A stretch of DNA of 62,314 nt, filler included, from Globobulimina sp. (GCA_003354225.1; 15 parts of 15 records of this genome joined end to end with filler, not necessarily neighbours in it), one strand, 5' to 3'; numbered from the whole stretch's first letter, positions 1 to 12,390 are shown. The notes: generated from the letters alone by a model not told the origin. Numbers and translations: made by a program.

Positions 1-177
1 GTCAGACTTCAACTTTTGGAGTTGATTGCTCACCACAATAAATTAGCCATTAATTTGTGTATACGTATTAATTTGTGTACATATATAATTTGCAAGAAAC
101 AGCTCATTCGCGATGGCCTAAGCAACGTTTATGAGCAAGCTGTTTTTAATCTTAGCCCCAATTATTAATCCCAGAAC

Positions 178-2238
178 ATGGGAGAAGAATTAAGTAGACC
201 CGTTGTTGTCGATCAAACAAGAATTAGAAGCTTAAAAATAGAGGAATACCCAATCAATCTAGCTGAAGATCGTTGGGTACCAATTGAATTCAAACAAGCG
301 TCCAAACAGAACTTAGAAGCATTAACCACCAAAACTGTGGACCGAAGAATTCGTGCCAAACCTGAGGATTATGCCTGGCATAAATGTGATGACGAAAAAC
401 AAGAAAATAAAGCTACAAATAGCATACATAAACTGTTCAATGCCAGTATTAAGTTATCCCGCTGTGTTTGCGGCAAATCGTTTCAGCGAATATTGGCCAA
501 AAATTGTTATTACGGCACCTATGTCGCCTGCGTATTGTGTGAAAAATGCATCAAACCAAACGAATTTGCGTACCATTGCCCCGAAGGAAAGACAAAAATA
601 CACAAAGACGGCTATGATTTGTGTGTTATATGCAAAGATAAACGAATCAGTAAACATTTGAATGATGATGACAAAAAAACAAATGATTCGAATTCAGAGA
701 TTTTGCCAAACCCAATATATAACATTGTGCAGTTACGGATTAAATATACAGATCCAAATACATATTCTTATACTAATTATAAAGTGTGCAGCGGTGTCAT
801 TATCCATCATACATTGAACAAAGCATTCGTATTAACTGCAGCACAGAATGTGGTGCAAAGTGAAACTATTTGGATCCAAATGAATAGGAACACAGCCAAT
901 GGATATCAGACAGTAAAACTGTACAAATGCTGCAAATATTATGTGTCAGAACAGGCTGTCGCTGTGGTTGAAGTATTGGATCCTTACAACCAATTAAAAA
1001 AAACCGAGCCAGTGCAAATTGAACAGATTAACAATGCAAAGGATTTTGTTAAAGTAAACGTAATCGGCTATCCCAACGAGATGGAATTGCGCGGTTTGTG
1101 ACTTTGTAACTTCTGAGCGACATAAATACGAATAATATGAGATATTATCAATGCGATAGGTCAGTTATACGGACTCATCGGCCATGGCCGGGCGCAAAAT
1201 GGATTGCTAAATTATAATAATATCGATACACTGTCCGGGAATGTGCAGGCTGGCTCTCCTATTTTTGAATGCGTCCACGACATTCATACGGGTAACATTT
1301 TCAAATCATTTGCTAAGAATAAAATAGTTGGGATTCATCTCGCTGACTCTGGCAAAATGATAACTGGCGAGATTATGAAATGGCTGCATAAGTATACCGG
1401 AATCACCTCCGATGACGACTCACTTTCGTACGATATCAGTGTGCTATTAATCACTTCTTCAAAAGCAAAATATTCGTACCGATTGAATCAAATCTATGTG
1501 AAATGCAACAAAACGCAAATAATGGACACCATGCAGTTATATTTTGAATATGACGATGACCAAAATGCAGCGGTCAATAAGCAGGAATTTCTATTTTATG
1601 TCAAGAAAATGTTCGCGGAACAAAGGAAAACGTATTTGATTTTTTATTGTGGGCAAAGCGATGAAAATGGAAACTGGAAAATAAATAATAACACAATTGA
1701 TAATATCACGTTGCATGACGTCTCACTGTGCGCGCAGCAAAAAGCTGACTATGAGCCGGACTGCAAAGTGTGTATAGTTTCTGATTGCAATCAGTCTGGA
1801 AATTGGGTACAGCGGTTCAGAAGAAATAGGAATGAATTCAAGAATATCGATGCCATTCAAGCGTCGTCGCAGCGGAGCGAAGTGTGCAACGCAGGAACAT
1901 TTACTTCCAAATATGCGCATTGCTGTTTTGCGCATCAATCCAAGGAATGGGAGACCATCAATACTGTCGGCGTGACAGTGGGGGCATTGGGCGTGTTGAC
2001 TGTCGGCGTGTTTTATGATGGCTTTTTTAAGCAGCCCTACCACCACGTGACCAAACAGTCGCAGCCGACGAGTACAGAGACCAAAGGAAATCCGGATAAG
2101 TGGATCATTGGATATTCGCGCGGCCGCAGATACAAAGTACAGCTTTGTTTCTATGACAGTTGGTATGATATGGATTTTGATATGACATTTGTTGGCGGCG
2201 CAGCTGTCGGCACTGTGGGTGAATGGGGATTTTTTTAG
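178..2238 (+). CDS. Zn-finger + trypsin/V8-like (catalytically degenerate) + caspase-fold-like protein; 2 exons (intron 1094-1159)
   Basis: A GT..AG intron joins ORFs 178-1101 and 1204-2238 in frame (GYPNEMELRG|QLYG). Cys cluster CVC..CVLC..YHC..GYDLCVIC. Trypsin-like motifs CSGVII, VLTAAQNV, VIGYP, DTLSGNVQAGSPIF, IVGIH. C-terminal YLIFYCGQS..G.W and IVSDCNQSGNW. Confidence 0.7.
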
Positions 2239-2458
2239 ACAAATTAATTAATAGTGTATTCCGTGAAACATTTGTGACTTTGTGTGCTCTCCATACATTT
2301 GTGACTTTGTATGGTCATATTTATAATTAATTATTTTATCTTTTTCTTATATTAGGGGGAAAGTAGTAATTTCCCCAAAGCAAACTTAAAGGCTAAAGCT
2401 GTGAAAACCTTTCATTTCAAGTAAACACTATTTACGAATGAGCCAACATAAAAATAAT

Positions 2459-3649
2459 TCAATCAGATTTGGCGAATGTATTACTGTTATTAGCCATTGC
2501 TACATTGCCATTATTATCACTCACATCGTTCACATTTGCCTTATTATTCTCTTCTTTATCTAGACAATCATCAGAGACATTCGCTGCACTCTTAATGGTG
2601 TCATTTCTATTTATATTGCTCTCCTTCTCTTTGCTTTTACTTTCATCCCTATCCATACTATCATTCTCCATATATTTCCTATACAAAACATCATAATGTC
2701 CGGGCCGAAACAATAAGTCATAGCAAGATTTCTTTTCATTCTCCATAGTATACACAAGCTGAGGCCCGCCTTCCTGTATATTCTCTAAACAATAAATGGT
2801 AATCGGCACTTGAATACACTTCGACAATGCCACTGTTTGTAAATGGTCCGCCTCCGCCTTCAACGCCTCCACATCCGATCGCAACCAGGCTTGGAAGCCG
2901 CCTTTGTTCGATTGGATAAATGGCGCAAACTCCTTCTCATTCTCTCGCATATGCAGTGAGGCCAACATACGCGCCCAAAATATCAAATATTGCGCCTACA
3001 AATCACATATATAAACGCGTGCAGACAGTGCAAGGATACCAGGCATGACATACGTGACTGGAATTGGCCATGCGTTGAATGGCAGTGTTGCCCATTCCGT
3101 CCGGGGCCTTGTATTCGTCACTACCGCTTTCTAGTTTTCGTTGATAAAATTGCAGTTCATCCATGAAAGCATAATAAAAATCTTCAATGGTGTAGGCTTC
3201 ATCTGTTTTTTTTGTGTGTTTGCGATGAGTATAAGGGATAAGTGCGAATTTGCGAAGGTATAAAACACTGAACAGCCATATTTTAAACAGCGATGGAGTG
3301 AAGTCATGACATTTTCCGATACTTTGGTTAAAAGGGTTAGATTTTTTTGCTGCTCGATGGTTTCAAATAAGCCCAACAAGAAAGCTCTATAGAAACAATT
3401 GCCATCGCGGCGCATTTGTCTGTACGCGGAGTGTTTGTTGGATGCTATTAAAACATTCATTTGACGCGTAAAGTTGGTATGGTCTTTGAATTCTGATACT
3501 AAAACGTCTAAGGATTGCTTTTCTGAGACTAATGGCTGTTTTTCGATTTCTGCCAATATTTTATCCATGTCACCATCGGCCAATAATGGTTCATTGTGTT
3601 TTTTCTCATCTTTTTCATCTTCTTTGTAATCATTTGGTAAAGTTGCCAT
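2459..3649 (-). CDS. OTUB: Otubain-family (peptidase C65) deubiquitinase; introns 3203-3273 and 2996-3053
   Basis: Catalytic motifs YRQMRRDGNCFYRAF and LLFRPGHYDVLY. The spliced sequence restores GYEAYTIEDF. Both introns are GT-AG and keep the frame. Confidence 0.92.
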
Positions 3650-4064
3650 GGGAGACTTGTGACGTTTTTCAAGTAAAGAACAATTATAAATTTGTTTGTA
3701 AACAGCAAGCATTAAATGTTAATTGAACTAATATTTACCTACATTCCTAATCTTTTTTGTAACTCCCCACTTTCATTAATATTTGTTCTCTGTTTCTTGC
3801 TGCTGGAACATATAAACCATTATTCAATATCACCCGCTGCAGAGTCAATTGATTCAAGTTCCAAGTATATAATGGATCATGATATACAAGCAATCCACAT
3901 TGATACTATACATTCAATTTGAATGGGATTTAATTTTTTTACCTTTGGGATATTCACTCCAAACAACATCTGATAAATTAAATTCTTTTGTGGCTTCGTT
4001 GAGAGTTGATTTTTGTTTCATTCCTGATAAAAGGTTTTTAATTTGAAATTGCATTTTTCTATAT

Positions 4065-4164
4065 NNNNNNNNNNNNNNNNNNNNNNNNNNNNNNNNNNNN
4101 NNNNNNNNTTAATTAATTAANNNNNNNNNNNNNNNNNNNNNNNNNNNNNNNNNNNNNNNNNNNN
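4065..4164. other. Artificial contig-joining spacer (44 N + TTAATTAATTAA + 44 N); first of 14
   Basis: Identical 100-bp spacers with stops in all six frames at 4065-4164, 8228-8327, 12391-12490, 16554-16653, 20716-20815, 24878-24977, 29040-29139, 33201-33300, 37362-37461, 41523-41622, 45684-45783, 49844-49943, 54001-54100 and 58158-58257. Intervening contigs are ordered by non-increasing length. Confidence 0.99.
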
Positions 4165-4501
4165 AAACGATGCCGCACTAATTAAAATTGCAAAAAATAA
4201 AACGCATTTTGCAGTGGCTGCGACATGTTTCGTAGTGTATTCATAATCTTCAGCATCGATTCTTTCCCAATCAAAAACCATAAACACAAAAAATGCAATA
4301 AATGCGCCAATAATTGGTAAAAAATCCAGAAATTCAAATTCGTCGGATTTAATCAGCTTTACTGTCCCTGCTATAAACTGTAGGCATAAGATAGGTATAA
4401 ATGAATGTAAAAAAAATACATGAAAAGTTACATACCACCCAAGTTCCGATAGCAAAAATAGTGCCAGAGACTACAGACGAGATTATGCCCCATTTAGTCA
4501 T
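4165..4501 (-). CDS. TMEM50/UPF0220 (Vps68-like) small membrane protein, 3'-truncated, one intron
   Basis: IISSVVSGTIFAIG.W start, FLPIIGAFIAFFVF and AKCVLF hydrophobic segments resemble UPF0220. Split across two ORFs by a short intron. Confidence 0.55.
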
Positions 4502-4747
4502 GATCACGGTACGAAGGGATTGCAAATAAAAAACTGTTTTTACCAAATTAAATTAAAAGTTTAAACATACGAATGTCCGGATTCCCGAACCACTGTTGAC
4601 AATTATGAATATCACTAGACAGCTACACAGCTACATTGTGCCACCATTGAATGATTTCAATCTCAAAGAATACAAACAAACAAAAAATTTAAAATTGAAC
4701 CATGCTGTGTCCTTGCACTTGACCTATACTTTAAAAAAAAAATGATT

Positions 4748-5224
4748 TCAATCTTCTCTATGATCTCTATCAGTCAAATCAACGGGTACATAGTCATCAT
4801 AAACAGGATTTTTCCCAACCTGTCGATATAAATAAAAAGCATCAAATATTAAATATATTTGCAATGCAGCAATTGCTACATCTGTAGTTCCTGAGGTGGT
4901 TGAATCCAAATATTTTTCTTGCCAAAAATCTCGAAATCCGATCAATGTGGCAATGATTCGCATAGATCCTGCGAACAAAGTTGCAAATATTACCAATGAT
5001 GCACCAAACACTGGTTTTACCCAAATTAATAACAAAAATGATCCAATGAAAACTGGAATGCAAAATAAAAATCCAGACACTAGAACCAATGTCTTTGCCC
5101 AATCTGCACTGTCTGTATCTTCGTCAAAATTTAATGCGAAATTTAAACCATCGATGATCACTAACCATACGGATAAAATCACTGCAATAGAAAATACTCG
5201 CCATCTTTCACCAAAACGTACCAT
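4748..5224 (-). CDS. Hypothetical 4-TM membrane protein
   Basis: Clean ORF from MVRFGERW with about four hydrophobic helices and an acidic tail. Confidence 0.6.
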   Translation of the reverse strand: MVRFGERWRVFSIAVILSVWLVIIDGLNFALNFDEDTDSADWAKTLVLVSGFLFCIPVFIGSFLLLIWVKPVFGASLVIFATLFAGSMRIIATLIGFRDFWQEKYLDSTTSGTTDVAIAALQIYLIFDAFYLYRQVGKNPVYDDYVPVDLTDRDHRED

Positions 5225-5421
5225 TATGGACAAAGTACGAGAGCAAAAAAAAAAAAAGATTAGTATTAAACTTGACTTCACAGAAAATATTAAATCAAGG
5301 ATATATCTATCATCGTGTGTATGAGTTTTGTCATTTATAATGTAATAAATTAAAAGCTAACGTGCTTCTTGTTTTGGCAAATCCAGCATTTGAGCATTTC
5401 AGAAATATTTATTCTAAAATC

Positions 5422-7797
5422 TCATCGTTGGTAAGTATGATGTGTAAAATCATGTTTATGCACATAAAATTCACCTATTAATCGAAATATTTCTATCGGA
5501 ATATGAGAATATAATTCATACAGATTTTCAATGTGATTTCTAACCCAATATCTTATGACATATTTCCCATACAATGAAGGCATACTATACCTCATCATTG
5601 ATAATGCTTTTGTTGATTTCTGATAACCAACACATTTATTATTCCAATGTTTCACCAAATCACATCGTATTAATTTTTGTTTACATAAATTACATTCAAT
5701 TGTTTCATTAATACATATATTTTCTAAATGATCCGTCATTTTCCCAATTGGCACTTGTAAGTTACACAAACGACACTGATTAAACATATTATCATATGCC
5801 CAGTTTATGCATTCTTTGGGGCATTTATGCTTTGATTTATTTCCCATACAACGCCGTTGACATCGCAGACATTGCCAGGCCAATTCTATAGACTTAGTAT
5901 CACAAAATAGCTTTTTATGTTTTTCAGTATGAAAATTACCAAAATGGAACATTCTTTTTAATGTATCATCTCGCTCTGAATGAGATGTACAATGTTGAAG
6001 ATATTTATTTCTATCTTTAAAACTTTTAAAGCAATGATAACAGCGATATTCATACTTTGTGCAAATATTCCAATGATTCACCATATCACATCGTTTAATT
6101 TTATTTTTGCATAAAGTACATGCAATTAATCGATACTTACATATAGAATCTAAATGGTCGTTCATTGACCCAGTCGCTACGTTTGATTCGCATAATTTGC
6201 ACTTTTCATATCTTGTTGAGGAGGACCAACTATTTTGTTCATAATCCTCTTGCTCATTGGGATTAATATTGGACGTAATTACAACTTTTTTCTTTGCATT
6301 TAATGGATTTAATAGTTTTTCTACAATAATATTTATATTCGTTTTGTTTTTAAATGCTTCCAACAATGTCATATGTAATGAATGATGGTCAAACTTCGTA
6401 TTACACCTAAGCCAATACGCAGAAACGGCTGAATATTCGCTGCCGTACACAGTATGAATGGAAACACAGGTTTTTGTACAAAATATAGCTGTTAAATATT
6501 TACATTCCGCAGCAAAATACATCCAATCTTCTCGTTTGCTCGGCAATGCACACTGTGTAAACTCTATATTTTCTAAACTTTGACCAAAACAATCAGCAAT
6601 ATTTAATAATTGGTGTCTACCTATTTTGATTGTATTCAAATGTATCGATTTCAATGTGTTGGATTTCTGTTTTTTATTCGCTTTAGTTTTATTTGAACCA
6701 AATTTACAATATGCCATCGAAAATGTGCTCAATGAGGGCAAGGAAGCAATAAATAATAATGTATTGCTGAATGAGTTTGTAATACATTGTTTTCTAAATG
6801 ATAAATGTTTTAATTTTGAGAATTTATCTGATATGGAAGTACCGAACAGATTACGTGGTGACAAGACAACATCATTTATTTTCTCTGAGGCAATGCATAA
6901 TGTTTCTAAATTATGAAAACGTTTTGCTTCCTCTAAAAAATCTGCAATTGAATGGTACGGCGAATATATTGATTTTAAGGTTTGTTGGGATAGTTTTAAT
7001 AGTTTTGTTGGGATAGAAATGGATATCGATTTTAATTTGAGATGATGTAATCGTAACTGTGATAGGGATTGAATTATTTTATTGTCTTTGTACCAAACGG
7101 GAAGGAAATGATATTTAATCAGTGGCTCAAAGGCTACACTCTTTGTCATATATTGCTGTGGTTTTGATCCATGTTCATTGAATTTAGAGTGCATCATATT
7201 TATTATCAACCGGGTTGCTTCTGAATCGCATAAAAAATAATTTGAAGGAAGAATCCAGTGTTTAAAGTGATGGAATCGTAATATTTTCAAAATGGATATG
7301 AAATCGTTTCTGGAGTAACGATAAATAATTTGAGAAATATCAATTATTTTGTGTTGTTTTGTAAATTGTCGGATGGTTTTTGATATTAAGCTAAAGTATG
7401 CCAATGAATATGTGCTTAGATAGCCAGTTATACTTAACACAATTTCTGGTGGTACTGAGTGCATAGAATGCCTTTTAGAAAATTGTAGATTGCAATCATC
7501 AGTTTTGATATTATTCAGGGCATTAAAGATATACTTGAATATTGGCATTGCTTTAGAAATTGGACGTATTGAATGGATATCATCTCGTGATGCTTGTTTT
7601 GTTTGTATTTCTTTAATTGTGTTCATATATTGTACCTCCAGGTATTCACCTTCGGCATCATTTAATATCTTAACAATATTTCCTTTGATCCATACATTTG
7701 AGGAATAAACTTCAACGCATGAACCAATTTGCCACAAGCTACGTAACCATAGGTCCATCTTAAACAAATCTTTTTGTCCGAACAAAAAATCTTTCAA
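5422..7797 (-). CDS. Agenet/Tudor-like + F-box-like + LRR + TRAF-type Zn-finger protein
   Basis: N-terminal WQIGSCVEVYS..W..G.I..LEVQY; VPPEIVLSITGYL F-box-like motif; LxxLxL repeats; repeated C..C..HL..IC...I.C..C zinc fingers. Confidence 0.65.
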   Translation of the reverse strand: MKDFLFGQKDLFKMDLWLRSLWQIGSCVEVYSSNVWIKGNIVKILNDAEGEYLEVQYMNTIKEIQTKQASRDDIHSIRPISKAMPIFKYIFNALNNIKTDDCNLQFSKRHSMHSVPPEIVLSITGYLSTYSLAYFSLISKTIRQFTKQHKIIDISQIIYRYSRNDFISILKILRFHHFKHWILPSNYFLCDSEATRLIINMMHSKFNEHGSKPQQYMTKSVAFEPLIKYHFLPVWYKDNKIIQSLSQLRLHHLKLKSISISIPTKLLKLSQQTLKSIYSPYHSIADFLEEAKRFHNLETLCIASEKINDVVLSPRNLFGTSISDKFSKLKHLSFRKQCITNSFSNTLLFIASLPSLSTFSMAYCKFGSNKTKANKKQKSNTLKSIHLNTIKIGRHQLLNIADCFGQSLENIEFTQCALPSKREDWMYFAAECKYLTAIFCTKTCVSIHTVYGSEYSAVSAYWLRCNTKFDHHSLHMTLLEAFKNKTNINIIVEKLLNPLNAKKKVVITSNINPNEQEDYEQNSWSSSTRYEKCKLCESNVATGSMNDHLDSICKYRLIACTLCKNKIKRCDMVNHWNICTKYEYRCYHCFKSFKDRNKYLQHCTSHSERDDTLKRMFHFGNFHTEKHKKLFCDTKSIELAWQCLRCQRRCMGNKSKHKCPKECINWAYDNMFNQCRLCNLQVPIGKMTDHLENICINETIECNLCKQKLIRCDLVKHWNNKCVGYQKSTKALSMMRYSMPSLYGKYVIRYWVRNHIENLYELYSHIPIEIFRLIGEFYVHKHDFTHHTYQR

Positions 7798-7915
7798 AAT
7801 ACTAAGAAATCAAGACAAGTATTCATGGGATCAAACATTGACGAATTAAACCCAGCAAACAATATAATCCATTGGCATAAAAAAATTCGATCAATAAGTT
7901 ATTCAAAGCTGTAAA

Positions 7916-8227
7916 TTAAATTTGGCTTTCTATTAATAATTCACGTTGCACTCTAATTTTATCTCTTTCAATTACAATGTCAATAATTTCCTTAAATATT
8001 CTCCGTATGGTCTCCGTATCAATAGCACATATAATATGCGTATATATATTCCGATCATTTAACGTTTTATGCAACGACAGAAACACGTTTTGTATATATT
8101 TTGTAGTCTCATCAAAAGAATCGTTTCTCTGATTATAATCTATAAACGAGGGATATTTTTGCAATGGCACTGTTTTGATTTTTTCTGCAAATATATCTTT
8201 TTTGTTTAATAACAAAATAATTGGTGA
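7916..8227 (-). CDS. Heterotrimeric G-protein alpha subunit, C-terminal fragment
   Basis: G4 motif ILLLNKKDIFAEKI and G5 motif IYTHIICAIDT. The 5' part is cut by the contig edge. Confidence 0.88.
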   Translation of the reverse strand, partial: SPIILLLNKKDIFAEKIKTVPLQKYPSFIDYNQRNDSFDETTKYIQNVFLSLHKTLNDRNIYTHIICAIDTETIRRIFKEIIDIVIERDKIRVQRELLIESQI

Positions 8228-8550
8228 NNNNNNNNNNNNNNNNNNNNNNNNNNNNNNNNNNNNNNNNNNNNTTAATTAATTAANNNNNNNNNNNNNNNNN
8301 NNNNNNNNNNNNNNNNNNNNNNNNNNNGGACCAGCTCCCTCGCAGCCCTCGGAACACACACCCGGGAGATCCGGAGGATCTGACCGGGGAGATGCATGCC
8401 ACGTTGGCACATGCCATTTGATCCCAATTTGATTTGGAATTATACTGATAGAAATGGTGTGTCAGTTCCATCCGGCCATTATATCATTCAGGTTATGGAC
8501 GGAAAAAAGAGGTGGATTGAAAGTTTGAATGTAATACGATCTCCTCTCCA

Positions 8551-9105
8551 ATGACTAAATTAGTAGAAACTGCAGAAGATAAAAGTAGAAATCTGTACAG
8601 ATTCAGCCTGCCGATGTTAAATAATAAAATGAATGAATTTGATCTATTATGTGAGGCAGTAAATGACGCAGCCGCAAAAATGCAAATATTCGATGAAGGT
8701 TCGTCGGTTATATATTTAGGAAAAGTTATGGACATTCAAACTAAAGCGAAAAAATATAAAACTTTATTTGACGTGGAGTTGGATGAAATAATTGATTTTT
8801 CTAACAATGACAAAGCGACCGCTGACGTTGACGTAGGAATTCTTGATTTTGCAAATAGGGACAAATTAGAATTTATTTCCGATTTGAATAAAGCAGAGAT
8901 AAATGATATTATTCAACAATGTGATATACCAATACATAAAATGGAGGAATATGGCAAATATTTACATTCCAAGCACCCGAATTTAATGGTTACCAACTTT
9001 GAGTTATGTCAGTTAATCAATACCGATATCGCACATATTGCAAACCGTGTGCTCCTCAAATTGAATCACAAACTGACATGGTCTCTGACGATATGGAGTG
9101 CCTGA
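8551..9105 (+). CDS. Hypothetical protein
   Basis: 184-codon intronless ORF; no recognisable motif. Confidence 0.35.
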   Translation: MTKLVETAEDKSRNLYRFSLPMLNNKMNEFDLLCEAVNDAAAKMQIFDEGSSVIYLGKVMDIQTKAKKYKTLFDVELDEIIDFSNNDKATADVDVGILDFANRDKLEFISDLNKAEINDIIQQCDIPIHKMEEYGKYLHSKHPNLMVTNFELCQLINTDIAHIANRVLLKLNHKLTWSLTIWSA

Positions 9106-9680
9106 CTCAAGAAACTAGAACGTGGCCACCAATGGGTGATGTTAACCAAGCAAAGCAACATCAGCTCTGGCTAAAGATTACAATCATAGTGCTAGTACTG
9201 GTTATATTTATAGTTATTGGTATTGTCGCAATTTATATGATAAAACATAAACAGAAACAGAAAGAGATGAGTCGGCACTATCCGGATGTTCATGATATTG
9301 GGGAATATATCGCAAATCCCACAGACGATAATATTAAGGAAGGTGCTGCAACGAATGAGAATGACAAAAACATAAAAGAGATCGTCAGCCGTGTAATGAA
9401 AACACATTCACGCAAAGTATCCCAATTTGCATCATTAAAACAAGAATTAGGTCTTCATTTTGATGAGGACGAAGCTGAACGTATTGCAAAGAGAACAATG
9501 AAAGAAATGAATCCAAACAGCGAGAATATACAACAAGTAAACATTGACAATATTGCACCTGATATTTGTGAGCTAGACCAAAAACAAAAAGAAGTAATGA
9601 AAGAGGCGAATGAAAATATGTGCAGTGGAACTAATGGCACGGAAGACATCAATCCAGAGATTGTTCAGTTCGTAGGCTGA
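9006..9680 (+). CDS. Hypothetical single-pass membrane protein
   Basis: Strong TM helix (LWLKITIIVLVLVIFIVIGIVAIYMI) followed by a basic stop-transfer KHKQKQK. Overlaps the previous ORF in another frame. Confidence 0.45.
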   Translation: MSVNQYRYRTYCKPCAPQIESQTDMVSDDMECLTQETRTWPPMGDVNQAKQHQLWLKITIIVLVLVIFIVIGIVAIYMIKHKQKQKEMSRHYPDVHDIGEYIANPTDDNIKEGAATNENDKNIKEIVSRVMKTHSRKVSQFASLKQELGLHFDEDEAERIAKRTMKEMNPNSENIQQVNIDNIAPDICELDQKQKEVMKEANENMCSGTNGTEDINPEIVQFVG

Positions 9681-11284
9681 CTAATTTATTTTATTTTATT
9701 TTATTTAATGATTTAAGTGTGCATGAATTGTTTGGCATGAATTGTTTAGACACATTTGTGAGGTTTTGAAAATTTTGAAATCTTTTCAAAACATCAACGT
9801 CAAACCAATTGACTTTTTAGGTTCTTCTAAACACTTCTTTTGTGATTTCTTAAAGTTTTGAAGAAGATAAAAGTGTAAATGATATTTTCGATGACTAGCT
9901 CACTTCAGGAAAATCTTAATATCAGGGCCTCACCTCATAGACGACAAATTTTTACCTTTATTCCATAGATTTGTCTCTTCTTTCATATGCCAGAAAATTT
10001 GTCTCTTCTATTCGTGAAATTATCACCCTGTTAAAATTGCACCTTAAACCGCATTTTTTCTGAAAAAAACTGCACTGTGCAGTTCTAACTTTTTTTGCCA
10101 CGTAGACCTTGCCACCATCGCAGTTTAGTAGTTCATCCAAAGAAATAGAAACTGATTTAAATACGATATCTAAGCATATATAACTAATATTATATGCATT
10201 CCACGTGCGATGTGATTATGATAACACTCAAAAATAACATGATTACTAATGAACTGTAAACCAATTAAAAACGATGATTGAGATTGGTATCAAAATATTA
10301 CGCATGAATTAGGGAGAAATATATCACGCTACAACGCATATTCGCATTCATCAAATCATTCGCATTGATATCATCCACGACATTTTCGACCGTAACTCGG
10401 TGCTATGATCGGCATGAAACAATCCATCGTAACTCAGGTGTCTATAGTTTGAAACTGAAAAATCGGTTTGAACTCTTTTGTCGGTTTCAAACTAAAAAAC
10501 ATGTAAAATTACACATAAAAACCATACTTTAGAACACTTTAATTTCGCATGGCATTTTATTTCGCAATTGACCTCAACCATGCATTCCAACACTTCGCTA
10601 CCGTCGATAACGAGACGACGACATTAATCATTGCGAATTATGGCGAATTATCAATATCAATATCAATATCAATTATTAAATTAAATCAATCAAAACTGTG
10701 CCAATGCCATTGTGGCCATACATGGGCGCAATGATCGTATGATCGAGTTGGCTTCGTACTGCTTATGAAGCATTGCTTTGCATCTCGCTGTGTGTCCACT
10801 GAACCCGTTCATCGGTAGTTCGCTGCGCATGCACTCTTTTGAGGAGAGCGCGGCTTTGTGAATTGAGATAGTGCGGTCACCATCGAGTGATTGCGTGAGT
10901 TGCTGCCTATCACATTGGCATTGGGCTACAGAAGCGCCTGCTGCAAAGGCTATATTGTCCTTAGTCCCTTCGGCCACTTACGATACGGTGAGCCGTCGTG
11001 ATATTATTGATAGTATCCTCAAACCCCCCATGCAAATTTTTATTTTATTTTATTATATTATATTACCAAGGACGTACATCATGTAATTTTTGAATGCAAT
11101 CACATCCACAATGCAATGAATGCATATAATATCATATAACAGGATTAATTTCATAATGTATATGCTTACAAATCAATACAAAGTTTTCTTTTTAGTGAAC
11201 AGGTAAAATACGCGATGGGCAATAAACAGTCAAAAGAAAACAAACAACGCTCAGTGCCGCCAACACAAACAAAGGAACAAAACG

Positions 11285-12390
11285 ATGATACATCGAAACA
11301 AATCCAATTGGAAAGTCGGAACTGGATATGTTGACTCTGACCATTATTATATGTTAACTGACCATCTCTTCACATACAATAACAAGAAAGAAAGACAAAA
11401 AAATGAAAATATGAAATTGATTGAATCGAATTGGAAATTTAAATTTATTAAATCCGATGAAGAGATCGCACAAATAATTAATAATGCAATGAGAAAATAT
11501 CAAATTGGACAAAATATGATTCAGATCTATGAGCGGACAAAATCAATTGAAGCTGTCTATGATACGCGTAATTATATTTTAAATGATATATTATTGAGCT
11601 ATGAATGTATTGAAATAAAATACATAAAACGAAAAAAAGGACAAAAATTAGACAATGATATTCAAAGCAAACAAAATGAATTGATTCAACTATTAAGTAA
11701 TCAAGACAATGAACTCAATAATCAACAGATTACTATGCAATGTAAGCAAATCACTGACGAAATCGATCAAATAATGCAAAATCAAAATGAACAAAACATT
11801 CAAAATGAAATTGAATTAATTAATCAATCGGTTGCACGAAAGGATCACAAATATTGGACAAAAATGAAAAATATAGCAAAGGATGACGGCGGTGTAATAA
11901 TTGAAGAGCAGCAAATATTTAACATTGCCATTAAAGCACAAGAAATATTAAAGCAAATTGGGATATTATATGAAAAAAATACAATAATTGATCCACGCCT
12001 TAAAGAATTCTATGAAAAAGAAGATGAACGAATCGATGCATTGGATATGATGAAATATGGCGATAATAATAAATTTACATTTGATGAATGCAGAATATTC
12101 ACTGAAAATTACAAAAAGAAGAAAAAAGGAAACAAATCCAGTGGATTAGATTTGATAAATTGGGATTTAGCCAAATTATTAGATGACGAATGTGATGCAA
12201 CAATGTTATATTTGATATTAAATCATGGATCTATTCCAAATAAAATGAAAATATCAAAATTGGTAACACTGAAGAAGAAAAAATATGAATATCGATGTAT
12301 AAGAGCTGTAGCAAAGGACCGTGCGTTATTAGAAGCATTTATAACCGATATAATAAATGAAGGCAAGAATGTCCCTCAAATACAACATTG
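11285..12390 (+). mobile_element. Degenerate APE-type non-LTR (LINE-like) ORF2 fragment
   Basis: SDH motif (end of APE endonuclease), then RT domain 0/1/2-like KGNKSSGLDLI..ILNHGSIPNKMKISKLVTLKK..YRCI..LLEAFI. Truncated by the contig end. Confidence 0.6.

Noticed and set aside
2268-2311. ACATTTGTGACTTTGT direct repeat (core also in the intron at ~1095)
   Set aside because: Short local duplication in AT-rich 3' DNA; no further structure.
8928-9010. Possible TGA read-through or alternative genetic code
   Set aside because: Other frames on this contig contain TAA/TAG as well, and conserved genes in the window read normally with the standard code.
11215-11334. Short MGNKQSK.. myristoylation-like ORF before the LINE fragment
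   Set aside because: Only 39 codons. It may be a host gene start disrupted by the LINE piece or a chimera, but cannot be supported.
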